In this document: one piece after another, positions 54,000 through 64,000 of the stretch
Numbering within the stretch: the stretch's first letter is position 1
Layout of the letters: each line of letters starts with the position of its first letter
Source of the DNA: Eledone cirrhosa
Taxonomy: Eukaryota
Assembly: GCA_964016885.1 (NCBI GenBank)
Contig: OZ024741.1
Span: forward strand, 409,138,001 to 409,202,000
Length of the DNA: 64,000 bases
Reading direction: 5' to 3'
Position numbers and translations under genes: made by a program
Notes under the pieces: generated by a model
The model's input: only the letters and a program-made list of their open reading frames with translations
What the model was told of the DNA's origin: nothing
Database searches by the model: none

Positions 54000-56900
54000 C
54001 TATTTTAAAAGGAAGGCTGTGTACCTATTTTAAAAGGGAGACTATGTACCTATTTTAAGAGGAAGCAGATACCTATTTTAAAAGGAAGACTGTGTACCTA
54101 TATTAAAAGGGAGACTGTGTACGTATTTTAAAAGGAAGACTGTGTACCTATTTTAAAAGGGAGACTTACCTATTTTAAAAGGAAGACTGTACCTATTTTG
54201 AAAGGAAGACTGTACCTATTTTAAAAGGGAGACTGTGTACCTATTTTAAAAGGGAGACTGTGTACCTATTTTAAAAGGAAGACTTACCTATTTTTAAAGG
54301 AAGACTGTGTACCTATTTTAAAAGGGAGACTGTACCTATTTTAAAAGGAAGACTGTGTACGTATTTTAAAAGGGAGACTGTGTACCTATTTTAAAAAGAA
54401 GACTGTACCTATTTTAAAAGAAAGACTCTACCTATTTTAAAAGGAAGACTGTGTACCTATTTTAAAAGGGAGACTGCACCTATTTTAAAAAGGAGATTGT
54501 ACCTATTTTAAAAGGAAGACTGTACCTATTTTAGAAGGAAGACTGTACCTATTTTAAAATGAAGACTGTGTACCTATTTTAAAAGGAAGACTGTACATAT
54601 TTCAAAAGGAAGACTATGTACCTATTTTAAAAGGGAGACTGTGTACCTATTTTAAGAGGAAGAAGATACCTATTTTAAAAGGAAGACCGTGTACCTATTT
54701 TAAAAGAGAGACTGTACCTATTTTAAAAGGAAGACTGTACTTATTTTAAAAGGAAGACTGTACCTATTTTAAAAGGGAGACTGTGTACCTATTTTAAAAG
54801 GGAGACTGTACCTATTTTAAAAGGAAGACTGTGTACCTGTTTTAAAAGGGAGACTGTACCTATTTTAAAAGGGAGACTGTACCTATTTTAAAAGGAAGAC
54901 TGTACCTATTTTAAAAGGAAGACTGTGTACCTATTTTAAAAGCAAGGCTGTGTACCTATTTTAAAAGGGAGACTATGTACCTATTTTAAGAGGAAGCAGA
55001 TACCTATTTTAAAAGGAAGACTGTGTACCTATTTTAAAAGGGAGACTGTACCTATTTTAAAAGGAAGACTGTATCTATTTTAAAAGGAAGACTGTACCTA
55101 TTTTAAAAGGAAGACTGTGTACCTATATTAAAAGGGAGACTGTGTACGTATTTTAAATGGAAGACTGTGTACCTATTTTAAAAGGGAGACTTACCTATTT
55201 TAAAAGGAAGACTGTACCTATTTTAAAAGGAAGACTGTACCTATTTTGAAAGGAAGACTGTGTACCTATTCTAAAAGGGAGACTGTACCTATTTTAAAAG
55301 GAAGACTCTACCTATTTTAAAAGGAAGACTGTACCTATTTTAAAAGGAAGACTGTGTACCTATTTTAAAAGGAAGACAATACCTATTTTAAAATGAAGGC
55401 TGTGTACCTGTTTTAAAAGGGAGACCTTGTACCTATTTTAAAAGGGAGACTGTGTACCTATTTTAAAAGGGAGACTGTGTACCTATTTTAAATGGAAGAC
55501 TATACCTATTTGAAAAGGAAGACTCTACCTATTTTAAAAGGAAGACTGTATCTATTTTAAAAAGAAGACTGTACCTATTTTAAATGGAAGACTGTACCTA
55601 TTTTAAAAGGAAGATTGTGTACCTATTTTAAAAGAGAGACTGTACCTATTTTAAAGGGAAAACTGTACTTATTTTAAAAGGAAGACTGTACCTATTTTAA
55701 AAGGGAGACTGTGTACCTATTTTAAAAGGCAGACTGTACCTATTTTAAAAGGAAGACTGTGTACCTATTTTAAAAGGGAGACTCTACCTATTTTAAAAGG
55801 AAGACTGTACCTATTTTAAAAGGAAGACTGTACCTATTTTAAAAGGAAGACTGTGTACCTATTTTAAAAAAGAGACTGTGTACCTATTTTAAAAGGGAGA
55901 CTTACCTATTTTAAAAGGAAGACTCTACCTATATAAAAAGGAAGACTGTACCTATTTTAAAAGGGAGACTGTGTACCTATTTTAAAAGGGAGACTGTACC
56001 TATTTTAAAAGGAAGACTGTACCTATTTTAAAAGGAAGTCTGTGTACCTATTTTAAAAGGAAGGCTGTGTACCTATTTTAAAAGGGAGACTATGTACCTA
56101 TTTTAAGAGGAAGCAGATACCTATTTTAAAAGGAAGACTGTGTACCTATATTAAAAGGGAGACTGTGTACGTATTTTAAAAGGAAGACTGTGTACCTATT
56201 TTAAAAGGGAGACTTACCTATTTTAAAAGGAAGACTGTACCTATTTTAAAAGGAAGACTGTACCTATTTTGAAAGGAAGACTGTGTACCTATTTTAAAAG
56301 GGAAACTGTACCTATTTTAAAAGGAAGACTCTACCTATTTTAAAAGGAAGACTGAACCTATTTTAAAAGGAAAACTGTGTACCTATTTTAAAAGGAAGAC
56401 TGTACCTATTTTAAAATGAAGACTGTGTACCTGTTTTAAAAGGGAGACTGTGTACCTATTTTAAAAGGGAGACTGTGTACCTATTTTAAAAGGAAGACTT
56501 ACCTATTTTAAAAGGAAGACTGTGTACCTATTTTAAAAGGGAGACTGTACCTATTTTAAAAGGAAGACTGTGTACGTATTTTAAAAGGGAGACTGTGTAC
56601 CTATTTTAAAAAGAAGACTGTACCTATTTTAAAAGAAAGACTCTACCTATTTTAAAAGGAAGACTGTGTACCTATTTTAAAAGGGAGACTGCACCTATTT
56701 TAAAAGGGAGATTGTACCTATTTTAAAAGGAAGACTGTACCTATTTTAGAAGGAAGACTGTACCTATTTTAAAAGGAAGACTGTGTACCTATTTTAAAAG
56801 GAAGACTGTACCTATTTCAAAAGGAAGACTATGTACCTATTTTAAAAGGGAGACTGTGTACCTATTTTAAGAGGAAGAAGATACCTATTTTAAAAGGAAG

Positions 56901-58130
56901 ACCGTGTACCTATTTTAAAAGAGAGACTGTACCTATTTTAAAAGGAAGACTGTACTTATTTTAAAAGGAAAACTGTACCTATTTTAAAAGGGAGACTGTG
57001 TACCTATTTTAAAAGGGAGACTGTACCTATTTTAAAAGGAAGACTGTGTACCTGTTTTAAAAGGGAGACTGTACCTATTTTAAAAGGGAGACTGTACCTA
57101 TTTTAAAAGGGAGACTGAACTTATTTTAAAAGGAAGACTGTACCTATTTCAAAAGGAAGACTGTGTACCTATTTTAAAAGGAAGGCTGTGTACCTATTTT
57201 AAAAGGGAGACTATGTACCTATTTTAAGAGGAAGCAGATACCTATTTTAAAAGGAAGACTGTGTACCTATTTTAAAAGGGAGACTGTACCTATTTTAAAA
57301 GGAAGACTGTATCTATTTTAAAAGGAAGACTGTACCTATTTTAAAAGGAAGACTGTGTACCTATATTAAAAGGGAGACTGTGTACGTATTTTAAAAGGAA
57401 GACTGTGTACCTATTTTAAAAGGGAGACTTACCTATTTTAAAAGGAAGACTGTACCTATTTTAAAAGGAAGACTGTACCTATTTTGAAAGGAAGACTGTG
57501 TACCTATTCTAAAAGGGAGACTGTACCTATTTTAAAATGAAGGCTGTGTACCTGTTTTAAAAGGGAGACTGTGTACCTATTTTAAAAGGGAGACTGTGTA
57601 CCTATTTTAAAAGGGAGACTGTGTACCTATTTTAAATGGAAGACTGTACCTATTTGAAAAGGAAGACTCTACCTATTTTAAAAGGAAGACTGTATCTATT
57701 TTAAAAAGAAGACTGTACCTATTTTAAATGGAAGACTGTACCTATTTTAAAAGGAAGATTGTGTACCTATTTTAAAAGAGAGACTGTACCTATTTTAAAG
57801 GGAAGACTGTACTTATTTTAAAAGGAAGACTGTACCTATTTTAAAAGGGAGACTGTGTACCTATTTTAAAAGGGAGACTGTACCTATTTTAAAAGGAAGA
57901 CTGTGTACCTATTTTAAAAGGGAGACTCTACCTATTTTAAAAGGAAGACTGTACCTATTTTAAAAGGAAGACTGTACCTATTTTAAAAGGAAGACTGTGT
58001 ACCTATTTTAAAAAAGAGACTGTGTACCTATTTTAAAAGGGAGACTTACCTATTTTAAAAGGAAGACTCTACCTATATAAAAAGGAAGACTGTACCTATT
58101 TTAAAAGGAAGACTGTGTACCTATTTTAAA
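54000..58130. repeat. Older, imperfect ~2.15-2.24-kb duplication
   Basis: Shared rare variants have drifting offsets: GAAAGACTCTA (54420/56635, offset 2215), TATTCTAAAA (C at 55271/57509, 2238) and CTATATAAAAAG (~55931/58075, 2144). The drift indicates monomer indels since duplication. Confidence 0.75.
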
Positions 58131-58659
58131 AGGGAGACTGTGTACCTATTTTAAAAGGAAGACTGTGTACCTATTTTAAAAGGGAGACTGTGTACCTGTT
58201 TTAAAAGGAAGACTGTGTACCTATTTTAAAAGGAAGACTGTGTACCTATTTTAAAAGGGAGACTGTGTACCTATATTAAAAGGGAGACTGTGTACGTATT
58301 TTAAAAGGAAGACTGTGTACCTATTTTAAATGGGAGACTATACCTATTTTAAAAGGAAGACTGTACCTATTTTAAAAGGAAGACTGTACCTATTTTAAAA
58401 GGAAGACTGTGTACCTATTTTAAAAGGGAGACTGTACCTAATTTAAAAGGAAGACTACCTATTTTAAAAGGAAGACTGTGTACCTATTTATATAGGGAGA
58501 CTGTACCTATTGTAAAAGGAAGACTGTACCTATTTTAAAAGGAAGACTGTGTACCTATTTTAAAAGGAAGACTGTACCTATTTTAAAAGGGAGACTTTGT
58601 ACCTATATTAAAAGGAAGACTGTACCTATTTTAAAAGGAAGACTGTACCTATTTTAAAA

Positions 58660-61600
58660 GGAAGACTGTACCTATTTTAAAAAGAAGACTGTACCTATTT
58701 TAAAAGGAAGACTGTACCTATTTTAAAAGGAAGATTGTGTACCTATTTTAAAAGAGAGACTCTACCTATTTTAAAAGGAAGACTGTACTTATTTTAAAAG
58801 GAAGACTGTACCTATTTTAAAAGGGAGACTGTGTACCTATTTTAAAAGGGAGACTGTACCTATTTTAAAAGGAAGACTGTGTACCTGTTTTAAAAGGGAG
58901 ACTGTACCTATTTTAAAAGGGAGACTGTACCTATTTTAAAAGGGAGACTGTACCTATTTTAAAAGGAAGACTGTACCTATTTTAAAAGGAAGACTGTGTA
59001 CCTATTTTAAAAGGAAGGCTGTGTACCTATTTTAAAAGGGAGACTATGTACCTATTTTAAGAGGAAGCAGATACCTATTTTAAAAGGAAGACTGTGTAGC
59101 TATTTTAAAAGGGAGACTGTACCTATTTTAAAAGGAAGACTGTATCTATTTTAAAAGGAAGACTGTACCTATTTTAAAAGGAAGACTGTGTACCTATATT
59201 AAAAGGGAGACTGTGTACGTATTTTAAAAGGAAGACTGTGTACCTATTTTAAAAGGGAGACTTCCTATTTTAAAAGGAAGACTGTACCTATTTTAAAAGG
59301 AAGACTGTACCTATTTTGAAAGGAAGACTGTGTACCTATTTTAAAAGGGAGACTGTACCTATTTTAAAAGGAAGACTCTACCTATTTTAAAAGGAAGACT
59401 GTACCTATTTTAAAAGGAAGACTGTGTACCTATTTTAAAAGGAAGACTGTACCTATTTTAAAATGAAGACTGTGTACCTGTTTTAAAAGGGAGACTGTGT
59501 ACCTATTTTAAAAGGGAGACTGTGTACCTATTTTAAAAGGAAGACTTACCTATTTTAAAAGGAAGACTGTGTACCTATTTTAAAAGGGAGACTGTACCTA
59601 TTTTAAAAGGAAAACTGTGTACGTATTTTAAAAGGAAGTCTGTGTACCTATTTTAAAAGGAAGACTCTACCTATTTTAAAAGGAAGACTGTGTACCTATT
59701 TTAAAAGGGAGACTGCACCTATTTTAAAAGGGAGATTGTACCTATTTTAAAAGGAAGACTGTACCTATTTTAGAAGGAAGACTGTACCTATTTTAAAAGG
59801 AAGACTGTGTACCTATTTTAAAAGGAAGACTGTACCTATTTCAAAAGGAAGACTATGTACCTATTTTAAAAGGGAGACTGTGTACCTATTTTAAGAGGAA
59901 GAAGATACCTATTTTAAAAGGAAGACCGTGTACCTATTTTAAAAGGGAGACTGTACCTATTTTAAAAGGAAGTCTGTACCTATTTTAAAAAGAAGTCTGT
60001 ACCTATTTTAAAAGGAAGACTGTACCTATTTTAAAAGGAAGATTGTGTACCTATTTTAAAAGAGAGACTGTACCTATCTTAAAAGGAAGACTGTACTTAT
60101 TTTAATAGGAAGACTGTACCTATTTTAAAAGGGAGACTGTGTACCTATTTTAAAAGGGAGACTGTACCTATTTTAAAAGGAAGACTGTGTACCTGTTTTA
60201 AAAGGGAGACTGTACCTATTTTAAAAGGGAGACTCTACCTATTTTAAAAGGAAGACTGTACCTAATTTAAAAGGAAGTCTGTACCTATTTTAAAAGGAAG
60301 ACTGTACCTATTTTAAAAGGGAGACTGTGCCTATTTTAAAAGGAAGACTGTACCTATTTTAAAAGGAAGACTGTACCTATTTTAAAAGGAAGACTGTGTA
60401 CTTATTTTAAAAGGCAGACTGTGTACCTATTTTAAAAGGGAGACTATGTACCTATTTTAAGAGGAAGCAGATACCTATTTTAAAAGGAAGACTGTGTACC
60501 TATTTTAAAAGGGAGACTGTACCTATTTTAAAAGGAAGACTGTATCTATTTTAAAAGGAATACTGTACCTATTTTAAAAGGAAGACTGTGTACCTATATT
60601 AAAAGGGAGACTGTGTACGTATTTTAAAAGGAAGACTGTGTACCTATTTTAAAAGGGAGACTTACCTATTTTAAAAGGAAGACTGTACCTATTTTAAAAG
60701 GAAGACTGTACCTATTTTAAAAGGAAGACTGTGTACCTATATTAAAAGGGAGACTGTACCTATTTTAAAAGGAAGACTCTACCTATTTTAAAAGGAAGAC
60801 TGTACCTATTTTAAAAAGAAGACTGTACCTATTTTAAAAGGAAGACTGTACCTATTTTAAAAGGAAGATTGTGTACCTATTTTAAAAGAGAGACTCTACC
60901 TATTTTAAAAGGAAGACTGTACTTATTTTAAAAGGAAGACTGTACCTATTTTAAAAGGGAGACTGTGTACCTATTTTAAAAGGGAGACTGTACCTATTTT
61001 AAAAGGAAGACTGTGTACCTGTTTTAAAAGGGAGACTGTACCTATTTTAAAAGGGAGACTGTACCTATTTTAAAAGGGAGACTGTACCTATTTTAAAAGG
61101 AAGACTGTACCTATTTTAAAAGGAAGACTGTGTACCTATTTTAAAAGGAAGGCTGTGTACCTATTTTAAAAGGGAGACTATGTACCTATTTTAAGAGGAA
61201 GCAGATACCTATTTTAAAAGGAAGACTGTGTAGCTATTTTAAAAGGGAGACTGTACCTATTTTAAAAGGAAGACTGTATCTATTTTAAAAGGAAGACTGT
61301 ACCTATTTTAAAAGGAAGACTGTGTACCTATATTAAAAGGGAGACTGTGTACGTATTTTAAAAGGAAGACTGTGTACCTATTTTAAAAGGGAGACTTCCT
61401 ATTTTAAAAGGAAGACTGTACCTATTTTAAAAGGAAGACTGTACCTATTTTGAAAGGAAGACTGTGTACCTATTTTAAAAGGGAGACTGTACCTATTTTA
61501 AAAGGAAGACTCTACCTATTTTAAAAGGAAGACTGTACCTATTTTAAAAGGAAGACTGTGTACCTATTTTAAAAGGAAGACTGTACCTATTTTAAAATGA

Positions 61601-62940
61601 AGACTGTGTACCTGTTTTAAAAGGGAGACTGTGTACCTATTTTAAAAGGGAGACTGTGTACCTATTTTAAAAGGAAGACTTACCTATTTTAAAAGGAAGA
61701 CTGTGTACCTATTTTAAAAGGGAGACTGTACCTATTTTAAAAGGAAAACTGTGTACGTATTTTAAAAGGAAGTCTGTGTACCTATTTTAAAAGGAAGACT
61801 CTACCTATTTTAAAAGGAAGACTGTGTACCTATTTTAAAAGGGAGACTGCACCTATTTTAAAAGGGAGATTGTACCTATTTTAAAAGGAAGACTGTACCT
61901 ATTTTAGAAGGAAGACTGTACCTATTTTAAAAGGAAGACTGTGTACCTATTTTAAAAGGAAGACTGTACCTATTTCAAAAGGAAGACTATGTACCTATTT
62001 TAAAAGGGAGACTGTGTACCTATTTTAAGAGGAAGAAGATACCTATTTTAAAAGGAAGACCGTGTACCTATTTTAAAAGGGAGACTGTACCTATTTTAAA
62101 AGGAAGACTGTACCTATTTTAAAAAGAAGTCTGTACCTATTTTAAAAGGAAGACTGTACCTATTTTAAAAGGAAGATTGTGTACCTATTTTAAAAGAGAG
62201 ACTGTACCTATCTTAAAAGGAAGACTGTACTTATTTTAAAAGGAAGACTGTACCTATTTTAAAAGGGAGACTGTGTACCTATTTTAAAAGGGAGACTGTA
62301 CCTATTTTAAAAGGAAGACTGTGTACCTGTTTTAAAAGGGAGACTGTACCTATTTTAAAAGGGAGACTCTACCTATTTTAAAAGGAAGACTTTACCTAAT
62401 TTAAAAGGAAGACTGTACCTATTTTAAAAGGAAGACTGTACCTATTTTAAAAGGGAGACTGTGCCTATTTTAAAAGGAAGACTGTACCTATTTTAAAAGG
62501 AAGACTGTACCTATTTTAAAAGGAAGACTGTGTACTTATTTTAAAAGGCAGACTGTGTACCTATTTTAAAAGGGAGACTATGTACCTATTTTAAGAGGAA
62601 GCAGATACCTATTTTAAAAGGAAGACTGTGTACCTATTTTAAAAGGGAGACTGTACCTATTTTAAAAGGAAGACTGTATCTATTTTAAAAGGAATACTGT
62701 ACCTATTTTAAAAGGAAGACTGTGTACCTATATTAAAAGGGAGACTGTGTACGTATTTTAAAAGGAAGACTGTGTACCTATTTTAAAAGGGAGACTTACC
62801 TATTTTAAAAGGAAGACTGTACCTATTTTAAAAGGAAGACTGTACCTATTTTAAAAGGAAGACTGTGTACCTATTTTAAAAGGGAGACTGTACCTATTTT
62901 AAAAGGAAGACTCTACCTATTTTAAAAGGAAGACTGTACC
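58660..62940. repeat. 2134-bp tandem duplication
   Basis: GTGTAGCT (59099/61233), 21-bp GACTTCCTA (59261/61395), GAGACTGTGCC (60321/62455) and AAGGCAGAC (60415/62549) are all offset by 2134. The copies differ at a few single bases, e.g. TTTTAATAGG near 60106. Confidence 0.92.
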
Positions 62941-64000
62941 TATTTTAAAAGGAAGACTGTGTACCTATTTTAAAAGGAAGACTGTACCTATTTTAAAATG
63001 AAGACTGTGTACCTGTTTTAAAAGGGAGACTGTGTACCTATTTTAAAAGGGAGACTGTGTACCTATTTTAAAAGGAAGACTGTACCTATTTTAAAATGAA
63101 GACTGTGTACCTGTTTTAAAAGGGAGACTGTGTACCTATTTTAAAAGGGAGACTGTGTACCTATTTTAAAAGGAAGACTTACCTATTTTAAAAGGAAGAC
63201 TGTGTACCTATTTTAAAAGGGAGACTGTACCTATTTTAAAAGGAAGTCTGTGTACGTATTTTAAAAGGGAGACTGTGTACCTATTTTAAAAAGAAGATTG
63301 TACCTATTTTAAAAGGAAGACTCTACCTATTTTAAAAGGAAGACTGTGTACCTATTTTAAAAGGGAGACTGCACCTATTTTAAAAGGGAGATTGTACCTA
63401 TTTTAAAAGGAAGACTGTACCTATTTTAGAAAGAAGACTGTACCTATTTTAAAAGGAAGACTGTGTACCTATTTTAAAAGGGAGACTGTACCTATTTTAA
63501 AAGGAAGACTGTATCTATTTTAAAAGGAATACTGTACCTATTTTAAAAGGAAGACTGTGTACCTATATTAAAAGGGAGACTGTGTACGTATTTTAAAAGG
63601 AAGACTGTGTACCTATTTTAAAAGGGAGACTTACCTATTTTAAAAGGAAGACTGTACCTATTTTAAAAGGAAGACTGTACCTATTTTAAAAGGAAGACTG
63701 TGTACCTATTTTAAAAGGGAGACTGTACCTATTTTAAAAGGATGACTCTACCTATTTTAAAAGGAAGACTGTACCTATTTTAAAAAGAAGACTGTACCTA
63801 TTTTAAAAGGAAGACTGTACCTATTTTAAAAGGAAGATTGTGTACCTATTTTAAAAGAGAGACTCTACCTATTTTAAAAGGAAGACTGTACTTATTTTAA
63901 AAGGAAGACTGTACCTATTTTAAAAGGGAGACTGTGTACCTATTTTAAAAGGGAGACTGTACCTATTTTAAAAGGAAGACTGTGTACCTGTTTTAAAAGG

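Larger units (their letters stand above)
1..64000. repeat. Satellite DNA array of 23/25-bp monomers, consensus AAAAGG(A/G)AGACTG(TG)TACCTATTTT, ~2,700 head-to-tail copies, open at both window ends
   Basis: Seen directly: every line consists of this monomer. Four dominant types are GGAAGACTGTAC, GGAAGACTGTGTAC, GGGAGACTGTAC and GGGAGACTGTGTAC. Recurrent variants include GACTTACC and GAGATGTACC (22 bp), GAAGAAGATACC, GAAGCAGATACC, CTCTACC, TGCACC and TACGTA. Copy number is estimated as 64000/~23.8. Confidence 0.99.

Noticed and set aside
1-64000. CRISPR array (repeat length 23-25 bp, partial dyad symmetry)
   Set aside because: Monomers are directly adjacent with no unique spacers, leader or cas genes. 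The variable part is only a few bases drawn from a small recurring set.
1-64000. Repetitive protein-coding ORF (a 23+25 dimer is 48 bp and reads KRKTVPILKGRLCTYF without a stop)
   Set aside because: Nearly every junction has TAA on both strands, plus TAG on the minus strand. Lengths do not alternate strictly, and frequent runs of three or more same-length monomers close all frames, so only short chance ORFs exist.
1-64000. Telomerase-synthesised long telomeric repeat like the 23-25-bp units of Candida/Kluyveromyces
   Set aside because: The sequence does not resemble those units and has no G-rich strand. The array is far longer, and variants are inherited in kb-scale duplicated blocks, which indicates recombinational amplification rather than templated addition. 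A recombination-maintained terminal satellite is not excluded.
1-64000. Intrinsically curved DNA from phased A-tracts
   Set aside because: The tract is T4A4 (TpA step), the polarity known to give little macroscopic bending compared with A4T4. The 23/25-bp period is also out of phase with the ~10.5-bp helical repeat.
1-64000. Plasmid/phage iterons, transposon terminal repeats or piggyBac TTAA insertions
   Set aside because: There is no rep, transposase or other non-repeat sequence. Thousands of copies far exceed iteron arrays, and no TTAA site is seen to be interrupted.
1-64000. Pure sequencing artefact (rolling-circle concatemer or low-complexity noise) or synthetic data-storage DNA
   Set aside because: Hierarchical shared variants, nested duplications of differing age and stable homopolymer lengths look like natural satellite evolution in an accurate assembly. 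Individual near-identical duplications (e.g. 3106 bp) still need read support.

Overview
The whole 64 kb window is one uninterrupted, single-orientation tandem array (satellite DNA) of a short AT-rich monomer, consensus AAAAGG(A/G)AGACTG(TG)TACCTATTTT. The main forms are 23 and 25 bp, with minor 21-22 bp forms; there are roughly 2,700 copies at about 30-36% GC per monomer. It runs off both window ends. I found no genes, RNA genes, transposons, CRISPR spacers or unique sequence. The information lies in the order of variant monomers. They form recurring multi-monomer blocks and nested recent duplications, with offsets measured from shared rare variants: 598, 2237, 2627, 6019, 1451/1666, 3106, 969, 1590 and 2134 bp. 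Some marker variants are confined to regions of the array, and a more diverged zone lies at about 52.3-58.6 kb. This architecture is typical of eukaryotic centromeric, pericentromeric or subtelomeric satellite. I do not recognise the family or organism, and the sequence alone does not support a novel gene-encoded system. Duplication boundaries were read by eye and are approximate.
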